DNA of 64,000 nt from Takakia lepidozioides (taxonomy: Eukaryota; Plantae; Bryophyta): positions 13,454,001 through 13,518,000 of the forward strand of contig CM060731.1 of the NCBI GenBank assembly GCA_030704615.1, read 5' to 3'. The stretch's first letter is position 1. The number at the start of each line of letters is the position of its first letter. The translations under genes were made by a program, and so were the position numbers. Under the pieces are notes generated by a model. It had not been told where the DNA came from. It saw only the letters and a list, made by a program, of their open reading frames with translations, and searched no databases. Below, one piece after another: positions 52,383-64,000 of the stretch.

Positions 52383-53426
52383 ATGTCCGGATGATTCTGT
52401 TGTGGAATTTGGCTCAATAAAATCATAATTAAGACACGCAGACCACGTCCACGTAAGCATCTTTGATCGACTGCGGGTTTTACCGCGACAATTCGAATCC
52501 CTGAGCTTCCGATAGATGCTGCCACGCTGCTTACCCTTTCATTCACATGTTTCGTTGCTTTCCTTGTTCTTGGAAATCCACTCTCCTGGTCTCAAGCACT
52601 CGAATCCATCTGATTATGGAGGTCCGGGATTTGCCTCTATGCAATGGCGACGACAATCCCCATAACCCTCATCAGCCTTCAAACTTAGGGGACAATGCAG
52701 ACAATCTTCCAGTGTCAGAATCCCTGATTTGCATGTCAGATATGGAGAAGCTGAAGGATCGGTAATGACTAATGACTCATCAGGAATCAACACAAACATG
52801 TATGCACTCGGCCCAAGCCATTAAGTACAACGAAGGCAGACGACCCACTTTATTGATCAGTAGCATGTGTCTGCACATGCAAGAATCTTTCCTCTGAGAC
52901 TACTTTGTACATGAAGTGATGTTTTCCCACTTCACAAATATGTTTATCCTCACGTGCAATGCTGTGTCAAAAGATAGTTCGCTCAGATTCAATTGTTCTG
53001 ATGAAAGGATGCGTTCAATGGGAATGCTCCAAGGTCTACCTCTACTACTGCCGATTTGGATTTCTGCACACAGTTCTAATTGGACCTAGAGGGAAATCTC
53101 TTTGCCCCGTAGCAGCTAGAATTGAAGGGACATAGAGAAAGCTCTTCGTCCCATAGCAGGTTGAATTGAAGGAACGGTAGAACCGACAACATGCTCAACA
53201 TGATGGCGCCAGCCAATGAGGTCGTATCCTCATTGGATGGCGCCAATCAGGTCGTATCATGGCAGCAGTCGAGCAGCTTTCGAATTCCTTCCATTTGTTT
53301 ATTTTCTTACAATTTTTGCCAAATAATCAACTGTGGAATGACTGTACATAGCGGGACTGATGGAATGTGTGTTTCACAGCCGGGGATGTTGAAAGAATCT
53401 TGGGGGAGCAGCTCGCGGATCCAGCC

Positions 53427-54755
53427 TCATTGAACTAGGTTGGCATCAGGTTTAATATTCCGAATGACTCGGAGAACATCACTACCGTCAAGGTTGTTGC
53501 CTGTGACAGTGATCACTCCGTCTCTCTGAAAATCAACTTCCAGTCTTTGCTTACCCCAATTTTCTGCACGAAAGCAGTGCACATGAAAATGTTAGAGAAG
53601 GTTCAGTTTTTACTTCCAAGAGGAGAAAACTGCTTATGAGCTTGCTCATCGTAAAGGCGATGTGCTGCCACATCTGACTTGCTATATCTGGTCAACAACA
53701 CGCTTTACAATGTCCATGGATAGCCCACCAGTTTGAACAAGTATTCTTCAACTGGTCGGGGTTACAACTTCTGAGCTCGCCAACATTCGAAACAAGGGAG
53801 ACTAACTACATCACTTCAAACGAGTCATGCGGTAAGCCCAGGTCGTCTAACAAGCACAGTTCAGGGCTTCGAGTACATAAATGACAATCCCATAGCATGG
53901 TTCAAATGGACTCCAAATGTAGAGAGAGACATGAGAGAAGTATTTACCCTTGAGTTTACGTTTGAGTTTCTTTATGTCCTCCCTGCTAATCTGAACTCTG
54001 ACAACCACCTCTACCTGTACACACATCAAAAGTAGGTGGCATGAGCTCATGAGTCTCTCCATCATGCAGGAAATTATAAGTAAGAATATTTCATTCAACA
54101 TCATCGGGCCAGGCTAAACTACACCGGGTTCCATACATGCATGCAACTACTCCTTTGGGGGAATTTTCTTCCAGCAACATGTTTTCTAGACGTTGGGTGT
54201 TCAAAATTCTCTGCTATGCTTCTGGACAACAGATCACGTTTTGCATCATCGAGATCAGAAGCGAGGCCGATATACCAGGTTCAACTCCGGAACCGCACCG
54301 CCTCCCTCGTGATCATCGTAGGTGCTAATTCTATTCCACGTCTGCTCGTGACCATAACTCGCGAAAATCTGCATGCATGACACCCCGTTTTTAGTCCAAA
54401 CCCCGCAAAGAGAGGTCCCCATGAGCCATACACAAGAGTTGTCTATCTAGATTGGATTTCAAAGGTATGACTTGGCTCTAGAGAAATCTTTGATCTGTGG
54501 TCCAAGCTCAGAATCTGAGAGATTGACCATTTCACGGTACGTGGCGCTAGACTGAATTCTGGAATCTTTGCTCCCTGATAAGAATAACATGTAAATGCCA
54601 CATGTGTATGCCAGGCAGATCCAGTATCCTGGGTGAGAATTTGCACAGATGCGCAGCCTCACAGACTAATTGAACATGAGATCTGTGTTTCCTTGAAAAA
54701 CAACATCATGGACCGTAGAGTGTCCCCGTTTAAGAAAGAGACATACCTCCACCAT
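53427..54755 (-). CDS. 70-aa heavy-metal-associated (HMA)-fold protein lacking the CxxC motif; 3 exons
   Basis: Exons 54747-54755 (MVE|GTATGT), 53948-54014 and 53427-53563 splice in frame to MVEVEVVVRVQISREDIKKLKRKLKENWGKQRLEVDFQRDGVITVTGNNLDGSDVLRVIRNIKPDANLVQ*. It shows the HMA pattern (V.V...KKLK..L...VDF...VTVTG..D...VL..I) and HPP/HIPP-like intron phases 0 and 1; TATA-like CTATATAA at 55058-55065. Confidence 0.75.
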
Positions 54756-57635
54756 CGCTCAACTATTTGCAAGCTGCGTGCTTGCTGTGGTGTGGTTCGC
54801 TCCGGTTCCGAGATAAAGAGGAGGCAAATCTAAACTTCAAAATGCTGCCAGAAACAGAAAAATCCTCGAAGAGTCTAAAACTATCCCGTGAACCGTATGA
54901 GCACTTTCCAACAAAGAAACTGATCTCAAACTGAACCTCCACAACTTTGCTGTAGACCGATTCAGGCTCGCCAGAGACAGAGTGAAGCTGTAAGGCCTCT
55001 GTAAGGAAACTGAGAGCGATAGAAAACAATGGTGTTCCACATCCGATTGGCAAGCGCTTATATAGCTGGATGGTGGTGGTGGAGATTGGTACGCGGATGA
55101 GGAGTCGGTAGAGGTTGCTTTGGCATGAATCCACCGAGGAAGCGCAGCAGTCATCCCCGACACCGCGTCTCTACCACATTTGTTTTCCCCCTGCCAGCAC
55201 AGCTGCCGACTGTCTCTAAACTAGAATGACCGGTATTTTAGCACCATCGCTGTCCGAAGATGATGATGATGATGATGCTGCTAAGTCATTAACATTTGTT
55301 AAATTACTCAATGAAGAAAATGACCATGCACCAGCGTCTAAACTCGACACCTTGATTTTTGAAGTCAATCCTTGCAAAGAGTGGTGCCAAAGTGCATGTT
55401 TGATGCAAAGTCGCCATCAATATATGAAGCCAGACGTTTTGTTTTGTTTTGTTTTGTAGATTTGAGAAGTCCCCAACCGTGAGGGCCCACCCTTGGTGCT
55501 TGGTATCGTTGGAAAAGGGTGCACCTGCTTGGTCTCATGATTTTGATTCTTGGACCTGCAGTGTGGGAGATGTCAAATTTTAAGTACTTTTGGTCTCTGG
55601 AAATTCGTGAAAAATAGGAAAGTGGGCTTTCCTAGCACAATGATGGGAGAAGCGACTGGAGAGATATCAAGGAAAAGGTCTCCCGTTCGAATCAGGTTGC
55701 AGATTATGTGGAAAAAAAATGATTAGATATGGGTTGCTTCGTATATTGATGCACTTGGACTTGGATGACATTGGACACTTGGGCCAACAGCACATGCTAC
55801 CCTAGTTGACTTTGAAGCGAGGATCCAAAATCAAGGGGGTGTTGATTCCAAGGGGAATGTTGCTTCCAATGGACTAATAACTAACATCATTTAGATGGTG
55901 CAATGCAAACATTTCTCATATGAGTTCCCATATCATTAACCATGTTAAATCTTGTTCATGAGGAAACTGACCACGCCCCAATCTCTAGACTATGGGATGT
56001 GAAGTTGGGTTTTCCTTGCCCACCTTGATTTTTGAAGTCAGTCCTTGTGCACAAAGGAGTGATGTCAAAGCGTACATTTGATGCGGACTTGCCATCGACT
56101 TCAAACAAGAATCAACTTGAACCCTATGGTGGTGGTGGCGCGCTTCCAATGACTAATAACTAAAATCATTTAGATGGTGCAATGTCAATGCAAACATGTC
56201 TTGTAAGCTTGGAAATAGTCGTTCACTTTGTCGTGTCTAAGTGGCCAATTAATGGTAACCTTTGCTACATGCTTACTAAACAATGTCACAAAGTCACTTG
56301 GAACAAGTGTCAAAGGTACAGAGGAAGGCCCCCATTGGAGGGTGCTCTTTGAATATAATGCCCAGGGCAAAGTTCAAGGGCGCCCCACACAAGGGTCTTA
56401 CTTTGCGTACAAAAATGGCATAGTTTCCTTTTCCTTCCATTGATTCTTTTGATGATCAAAAGAAATGGGACTTAGTGAAGGAAAAGATCTTGGAGGTAAA
56501 AGATAAAGAAATGTGGAAATACGGTACGTGCGTTATAGAGAGTGTAATTGGCATTGTGCATTATATTGTTTTGTATTGGCCTCGTACTCATGGCTGGCTA
56601 TTAAGCTGTACAACCAAATGTGTAGAATCATATACATGGGGCCTATCTACAAAAATATGTGCACGTCTCCCTTCCAATGTCCACATGTATTCCAATGACT
56701 ATGAAAATGTGAAATGACTATTATTTTATTTTATTTTTAAATGCATTTCTCCCTTTTTTGACCTTCAGGAACTGAAGACAATATGAATAATGTAAGAACT
56801 TAATGGACGCTTGTAATCTGACGGTACGCCTGGGTTCCTCCGGCGGGACCCATGTCAAATCCTCCCCACCTCCTCTCACCTCGGTTTCACTATTAAATAC
56901 TTCAGAATCCAAGTGGATTTCAAGCTGCGGTGGGTAGCATGATGGAAAGGTGGTAGCGTTGCAGGCGGCATGATTCAGCGTTCAATTCTTGATGGTGTGA
57001 TGGCTCATGTTCTCCTGGCCTGACTTTCAGCCTATTCATCACTGTCTCACAGGTTCATCCCATGCCATTAGTATTTACGGCGGGAGACCGTTATATACAG
57101 CCTGACCTATACTTGTTTAAGGTTATCCTAGAGCTTTGTGGCTGCATCTGGCCCCTTCATTGGTCTACGGGCCAGATCTGTTTGTAATCTAGGCAACCCG
57201 TGGGGGTATTGCCTCACCCTAGGTTTTGGGTATAAGCTTGTTCCTAACCTTGAATCAGGGCCCTTCTTCTCGTATGTACAACCTGGTGTACGGGCTTCTA
57301 GACGTGCTCTGTGAGCTTTGGATGTGTGTGTGTTAGCTCTGCATATGCTGTACGTATTCATCTCTCTTCTCGTGTTGTAAAGCCCGCTCCTTCCGAGCTC
57401 TTACACCCCTAGTTTAACGTGCACTTGTGAGGACGGGAGAATCTCATTCAAGCACAAAATATGGTGGAGTCTTGTGGGTAGTGGCGGCTCCGCACGTACA
57501 ATGATTTTGCGCGGTTACCTTGGGTTTAATCTGGTTTTGGAAGAAGTTTTTGGTTCAAGAGGAAGTTGCGATGGCGGCGGCACTTCGCGTTGTGCACTTG
57601 CATTTGTTTGTCTTGCTTGTTCGTTGTGTACTACA

Positions 57636-58523
57636 ATGGCGTCTGCAATTCTCTGTAGCTTGTCAAGCGAGAGAGATGACAGCGGCTCGATTTTGATTAA
57701 GATAGAACTGAGAGTGGAGGTCGCAAACTCTGACATGGTGGGTTCCAGCCAGTTCGTTTTAGGCGTTCCTGTATCTACTCCCAGTTTGCAGGTGGTGGAT
57801 GGTCATCCAGTCTCGGAAGTGCCTGTAGCTCCTGCCGCGCGTGTTCCATTGTTGATTCCAGGGTTTCCTGTTCCTGACATTGAAAGACCTACCTCCTCAG
57901 GCTCTAACTACTCAGCGTATGCCAAGGCAGAAGCGGCCTTTGAAGAAAGAGCTTTGTATTCGGCTCGTGGCTCAGTGAGTTCGGGCTCTTTGCCAAGCGA
58001 TGACCCTGACGGAGCTGATTACGGTTTGGGCTACGTTGAGCCTGCTTACGATCTTGAGGGGCTGCCTGATGTTAACTCACAAATCCAGGACTCTCTTGTG
58101 TTTGACAGTGAGCAGCTCGAGTTGAGCAGTGACGACTTGGTGTGGATTGATAAATTTGAATCTTGATTTTTTGTGGACGTCTCGCGTTTTTCAGCTACTA
58201 AACGGGAGACAGTCTCTACCTGGATCAGCGATCCTGCTTTACTAGTGAGGGAAGTCCACAGTGTGATTGACAAAGAGCTAGCTTTGAGGAGACAGTTCAA
58301 GGTGCATATCCCCGAACTCAAAAGTCGATTTTTGTCTTATGGTGCCTTGGAATTCAAGCAGTTTGGGCTTTGCGAACAAATCTCCGTTCAATCCCTTGAT
58401 GTTCCGCTGGTGTCTTGCGATTTTGTGGATCCCTGGCATTTGGCTTTGTTCACCAGTGGCATTGGTGCGATTTTGTTACGATTGTTAAGATTTGGGAGTC
58501 TTACAGTGTGTTACTACCCGTGA
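57636..58523 (+). pseudogene. Extra 5' ORF upstream of gag in the Gypsy element (unknown product)
   Basis: ORFs 57474-58166 and 58173-58523 are in the same frame, separated by one TGA; they lie between the PBS and gag. Confidence 0.4.
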
Positions 58524-60478
58524 CCTTGTTGATTCTCTCACGGGTCATAGTGAGAAGACTCTTCAAGGAGATATTGTTATTTTTCCTAACGAGCGATTCG
58601 CTCTCCGCTCGATTCACAAACTGAACGTTTTTTACTCCATCGGGCATTGGCCGCCGATCACTGTCTTGTCTCGAACTTGGAGAAGTGACCGTTATTGGGG
58701 GTCAGACTAGTACACCTTGTATGTGGGTTTTTGGTTCAAGAATTCCCGCGGGTGGAATTGGTTGGCTCTTTGCTGAGCACGATCAAGAGTCACAAAGCTT
58801 TTGAGGATTGTGACTCCACAAGCTTGGCAGTGTACCAGTGTGGTGAAGATCTCTAAGGGTGGTGATTCCTAACTAATGTCCAACTCACCCAATAGCCGTT
58901 GGTTGCGTTCAGGTAGGTTATCTACTGCGTTCAGGTAGAAATAGGTTATCAAATGTGGTATCAATGGAAGAAGATTTATTGGTTGATGGTAGAAATCAGG
59001 TTAGGGCTTCCAATGGTCTTGGACCTGCGGCAGCCACTAGCACCAGGCCTGGCTTGGGTGGTAGAATTCGGGAAAACTTGGATGTTGCAGATGATACGAG
59101 GGCCAACCTGTATGCCTTGGATTTCCATGCATGACGGATGGGCGGCTTGGATCGCATAGGGGAGTCACTTGCAGGTCAGCCTAGCTTCTCAGTTTCGAGT
59201 TTCGCTCCACTGGCAGATTTGAGGCCTATTTCCTGCCATGACAATCCTCAATTTCAAGGTATGTCTGTCACCTACTCTCGTGCATCTCATCCTTTGTACG
59301 TGGCTAGTGAGTCCGCTTGGTCCTGTGGCCCTGTGCGAAGCCAAGTGCTTGCACAGAGTCAACCAGCTCTTCAGTCATGGTCCAGTACCCCACCTACTAT
59401 ATTACCACTCTCCCGGGCTATGGGAGGGATGGCAGTTCATGAGGATGGAGGTGCGAGGTCAAGTCACAATAATTTGGGAATTCAGCCAATGGCTTTTCAG
59501 GACATGTAGATGCTGGTCATGTATACCATGTAGCACCGGTGATTACTTATGTCTATCCTGAGTATAACATGGGAAAGAAGATAGAGAATTTTCTGGAATT
59601 GTTTGAAGTCAGTGCTCAAATGAATAAAACTACAGAAGAGGTCATGATAGGTACATTCCGCATGAGCATGCAAGGAGAAGCAAGTGATTTTTTGCATGTT
59701 GGATAGCCTTGACAAACTTTGTGGCCGGCCATAGAAAGAGGGTGAGTCTTTTTAGCAATACCTTTTAGATCTAAGGGCTGTTGCGTTTGAACAAGTGCCT
59801 GAAGATGTTGTTATTAGGGAGAGGTTGCTAAGACAACACTTCTTGAGAGGCATGCCAACAAAAGTGAAAGCCTGGGGACAACGTCGTACTTTTAAGGATA
59901 GTGATGAGATGTTGCATGAGCTTAGTCTTAAGCTTAAGGACCTGGCTGAAGCAAAGCAAAGGCGACACCATGTGAAATTTCAGATCCCTTGTATGGATCA
60001 TGAAGACACCATGGCCGCCACATTTGGTGAGAGAGAGACCCTCTCCTGTAGGATCTGAGTCTAGTGACTCTGCTTTGCAAGAATTGGCTCACACTATGGG
60101 TGAGTTGGGAAAAAACATAGCTACTCAGTTTGCAGCCTTGAAGGCTGATCAGCAGAGAGTAGAGACCCAGAGACCAGCAAAGAGCTGAATACAGACCCAG
60201 AGATCAGCAGAGAGGTAAAGATGGAGGGTTCAGAGGTAAGACACAAACAGGGGTTACTTATGAGAGGAAGTTTGCTCCTTGTTATATTTGTGGCAGTGAT
60301 GAGCATTACACTAAGGTACGTCCTGACCGTGAGGGCTATGCTGATTATATCAAAGAGATAAGAAGGCAAGGTCTTCCAACCAAGCTGCCCACACACATTT
60401 AAACTAAAAAGATCTCTTGGGCAGGGGACAAGAGGTCATGGGAAGCAGCACCCTGTTGATGCAAGGAAGAAGAGGGTC

Positions 60479-61045
60479 ATGTTGTCAATTAACTTTAAAG
60501 CTTTGCATTATGAACTAGCCAAGAAATGTCAAGTGCATGACATAAGTCCCTTGATCACACAATGTCATGTGCATCATTTGAGTTTTCCATGTGTTGTAGA
60601 TACTGGATGTACCATGTCTGCCATCCCCTTGCAGGTAGTGAGAGTATTGGGCATCAAGTTGACCCCTGCACAAGACATGGAGGTCATCATTGCAGATGGG
60701 TCAAGGTATGAGCCCTTGGGGCTGGTCACTGTCCCTATTAGAATTCACAAGAAAGAGGTCTTGATTACTTGCATAGTTACAATAGGAGACCAATTCTTGT
60801 GGGGATTGGATTGGATGATAGGGGCTCAAGCTACCATCAACCTTGGTGACAACTCCCTAAGATTTCCCAATGGAGAAGGACATGATGTTATAGTGCCTCT
60901 CAAGACTGTCAAGATGCATGCAGGCACTGCTACTGCCAACCTTTCCCAAGTTCAAGCCATGGTAAGGGAGGTAAGGCAAAGGCACCACAAACATGTCTTG
61001 GCTGGATTTTTACAAATACAAGCCAGATCTTGCCTTGATGTATGA
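60479..61045 (+). CDS. Retroviral-type aspartic protease domain
   Basis: CVVDTGCTMSAI active site, IADGS flap, FLWGLDWM. Confidence 0.85.
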   Translation: MLSINFKALHYELAKKCQVHDISPLITQCHVHHLSFPCVVDTGCTMSAIPLQVVRVLGIKLTPAQDMEVIIADGSRYEPLGLVTVPIRIHKKEVLITCIVTIGDQFLWGLDWMIGAQATINLGDNSLRFPNGEGHDVIVPLKTVKMHAGTATANLSQVQAMVREVRQRHHKHVLAGFLQIQARSCLDV

Positions 61046-61099
61046 GTAGCATGTACCTAGCTCTGGTCAAAAGTCTGGTGCTCCCATCGTGGTGCAAAA

Positions 61100-61385
61100 G
61101 AATAGTACTTTGATTAGAGCTCCATGTGATGTCACTATTCCATCTATGTGTCAGAGAGTGGTCAAGACCCAATTGGCCTATCTTTGTCCTAAGGGACACT
61201 ACCTTGAGGTTGATGGATGGAGGAGGCTTACTGCCTTAAAGCATTGCCTTGTTGCTACTGGGGTTCTTGATAGAGGTTACAAAGATGAAATCAAGCTTCT
61301 TATAGCCAATCCTGAAAGGTTTCCTGTGACCATCAAGAAGGGGCAAGTGTTTGCTAGAATTTTTGCCCATCCCTTAGAAGAGATT
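61100..61385 (+). CDS. Trimeric dUTPase-like domain (degenerate)
   Basis: DVTIP...VKTQLAYLCPKGHYLEV...VATGVLDRGYKDEIKLLIAN...FPVTIKKGQVFARI aligns to dUTPase motif 3 (GVID.DYRGEI) and motif 4 (I.KGDRIAQ); motifs 1, 2 and 5 are eroded. Confidence 0.8.
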
Positions 61386-61614
61386 GGTGAAGTCCAGCCT
61401 ACTTTTGGTTTTGAAGCCTTAGGCATTGTCCATGATCAATCAGATCTGGTCATTGTTTTTTCCAGCCACTCTTCTCCTGCCATGAGCTTCAAGAATAGAC
61501 TCAATGCTCAAGAAAGAAAAGCCCTTGCCAAAGTGCTTGGTGAGATCAAACTCAACCCCTTACTTAAGGAAGCCCAAAAGAAACAAGTTGAGACCTTGAT
61601 AGCTCACAACCTGG

Positions 61615-62900
61615 ATGTGTTCAGTCTTGGAGCTTCTGACCTTGGAAAGACTAATATCCTGCAGCATGACATTGAGATTGAGGGACCTCTGTCAAGCATT
61701 TGCCTATAGAGAGAATGTGAAAGAGAGGGCTATTGTGCAAGAGGAAATCAAAAAAATGCTTGATGCTGGTGTGATTAAGCCTTCCATCTCTCCTTGGGCC
61801 AGTCCTATAGTTCTTTGTAGGGAAGAAAGATGGAAGTACTCGCTTTAGTGTGGACTTCAGGCGTCTCACTACAGTCACCAAGAACGCTGCCTATCCCCTC
61901 CCCAAATCAATGAGACCTTGACATGTTACATGGAGCCATTGGTGTTTTTCTTCCTTAGACTTTTTGGCCTCTGGATTTGGCAATTGCCTCTGACTGAAGA
62001 AGCAAAAGAGAAAACATCTTTGTTCTGTAGGATGAGCAAGTACCAGTATGAGACCATGTCATGCAACTTCTGGTTTGTGCAATGCAACTTCTACCTTCCA
62101 GCGCCTAATGGATATTGTCCTTGGAAATTTGAGGTGGGAGTGTGCTTTGAAGCCCATCTTCTTGACTTGCAACGTGTCTTCAACAGACTTAGAGCTGCAG
62201 GGTTAAAGGTTAAGCCAAAGAAATGTGAATTGTGCATGCCTGAGCTTCACTTCTTGGGTCATGTCCTATCAAAAGAAGGTCTTAAGCCTGATCTTGAGAA
62301 GCTTTGCTCTGTATGGGAGTTTCCCATTCCCAAGGACAAACACTGTGTTAAATCCTTCCTTGGTTTAGCTTCTTACTACCGGAGATTCATCAAACATTTT
62401 TCCATTATTGCTTTTGCTTTGACCAAGCTTCTGGCTAAGGATGTTCACTTTGAATGGGGCACTTTCCAATAAGTTGCGTTTGACAAGTTGAAGGTTGCTC
62501 TCACCATTGCTCCAGTCCCTATGTTTCCCAATTGTCACCTGCCTTTCAAGATGCAAACAGATGCTTCTAATGTTGCCATCTCTGCCATTTTGTGTCAAGT
62601 GGTTGATGGGAAGGAACATGTCATTGCTTATGCCTCTAGGAAGCTGGACAAGCATGAAAAGAACTACTCTATCACTGATAAGGAGGGGCTAGCTTTGATC
62701 TTTGGTGTTAAACACTACAGACAGTATTTGCATGGCAGCAAGTTTGTGGTTGAGACTGATCATCTTCCCCTTAAGGCATTGCTTCGGCCTCGTGAGTTGT
62801 ATGGTAGACTGGCACGATGGGCTATGTTCCTGCAGGAGTTTGACCTTGACATTGTCTACAAGAAAGGGAAGGAGAATTCCAATGCAGATGCTCTTACACG
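61615..62900 (+). pseudogene. RT and RNase H domains of the Gypsy element, disrupted
   Basis: Fragmented ORFs 61615-61848, 61918-62472 and 62488-63087 carry RT/RH motifs; the YxDD segment is missing. Confidence 0.85.
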
Positions 62901-64000
62901 GGTTGAGCCTCATGGAGGCAAGCCTATGGTGACCTTGGAGGACTTGGCTGCTTTTGATATATCCTCTCCTAAGGGGACAGGCCCTGTTCTTAACCTTTTA
63001 TGTGTTGATCAACAGCCTCTTTTTCTTGATCCATCTAGCTTGGAGATTGCGTGGGGCTGGTCTAGCTTTCTTGATGATCCAGGCTGAGTCCCTATATTGC
63101 TGGTTTGGACAGTGATGTCATGTCTAAGGCCTTTGTGAGGGGCTAGTCTATCATTTCTTGTTCCTTGTCTTTCTTTTTCAGCCATGGTTCGGATTTGGTG
63201 CATTTACTGCTGTACTCCGGTGTAGGTTTTGGCAGTGCTTTAAGGCTTGATTTGCCTTCCCATGAGCCGTTTCAAATTGGCAATGATCTAGTGGCTGGAG
63301 ATAATTAACATGAGGCAGACACTCCATGTCACATTACTAAAGCCCATTGAACCTCGCTTATGTGCAGTACAATTATGGATGATATGCTGCATGCAGCGTT
63401 ACTCCATCGATGTCTTCATGGACATTCACATGCAGGGCTCCCTGAGAAGTTGAGGAAGCAAGTGTTGTACAATGTGGACGCTCATCATTGTAGGGATGGC
63501 AAGTTGTACAAAGTGGGCACTAAGGATGGGAGTCCTTGCTACTTGGAGGTACCACCACGGAGCCAGTTAGATGTTTTGTTGGAATGTTTTTCATGCTTCT
63601 TTGTATGCAGGTCATCTTGGGGTCAAGAAGACTATATCTCGCATAGAAGAGGTGTACTACTGGAAGGGAATTCAAAGAGATGTAACTGCCTTCATCTCCA
63701 AGTATGAGGCTTGTCGATCTAACCTTGCACTTCCTCGGGTGGGGGTCATTTATAAATTGCAATCCTTGCCCGTGACACATGCCTTTGCTCGAGTTGGTAT
63801 TGACTTGGTAGGACCTCTTGCTCTCACGTTAAAAGGTCATAACTATCTTTGGGTAGCTACAGATTACTTGACTAAGTGGGTAGAAGTCTGTCCTATGGTT
63901 ACCAAGGATTCTGACACGGTAGCACAACTCTTCTTTGAGGAGATTGTGATGAGGCATGGTTGTCCTCTTGAGGTCCTTACTGATAATGGCCGGGAGTTTT

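Larger units (their letters stand above)
56790..64000 (+). mobile_element. Decayed Ty3/Gypsy LTR retrotransposon, order gag-PR-dUTPase-RT-RH-IN; runs off the window
   Basis: Probable 5' LTR ending ~57455 (start uncertain) with PBS-like TGGTGGAG at 57462; gag remnants ~59500-60400; protease VVDTGCT; RT SPWASPIVL...HLLDLQRVFNRLRAAGLKVKPKKC; RNase H QTDASNVAI...YASRKL...ETDHLPL; integrase VGIDLVGP...VATDYLTKWVE...TDNGREF; many stops and frameshifts. Confidence 0.88.

Noticed and set aside
54763-55163. Minus-strand ORFs of 108-123 aa upstream of the HMA-like gene
   Set aside because: They span its TATA box and 5'UTR and show no protein-like motifs.
55340-56200. Short duplicated blocks (55347/56021 and 55862/56142)
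   Set aside because: Probably fragments of dispersed repeats; termini could not be defined.

Overview
Eukaryotic land-plant nuclear DNA; GT-AG introns, telo-box/site-II motifs and the TE complement suggest a bryophyte-like genome (inference). Host genes: an intronless, intact, divergent CULLIN1 (15530-17785 +); a 96-aa small protein ending in the PTS1-type tripeptide SRL (19450-19740 +); a frameshifted Myb/SANT trihelix-like gene (21604-23186 +); a spliced MBD-domain gene with internal duplications (~29617-33170 +); a frameshifted RNase H1 gene of fungal appearance (~35420-35881 -); a ~20-exon ribophorin II/RPN2 gene (41800-52283 -); and a 3-exon, 70-aa cysteine-free HMA-fold gene that the ORF track misses (53427-54755 -). 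Mobile DNA: a CACTA end (to 1961); a complete Ty3/Gypsy insertion with both LTRs, TSD, PBS and PPT that encodes only Gag and integrase (4169-10188); hAT and L1 remnants; hAT-type MITEs; a TIR element with a ~190-bp tandem array and a captured LINE fragment; a GC-rich hairpin MITE; and a decayed Ty3/Gypsy element with a dUTPase-like domain between protease and RT (~56800-64000). All calls were made by eye; no database searches were run.
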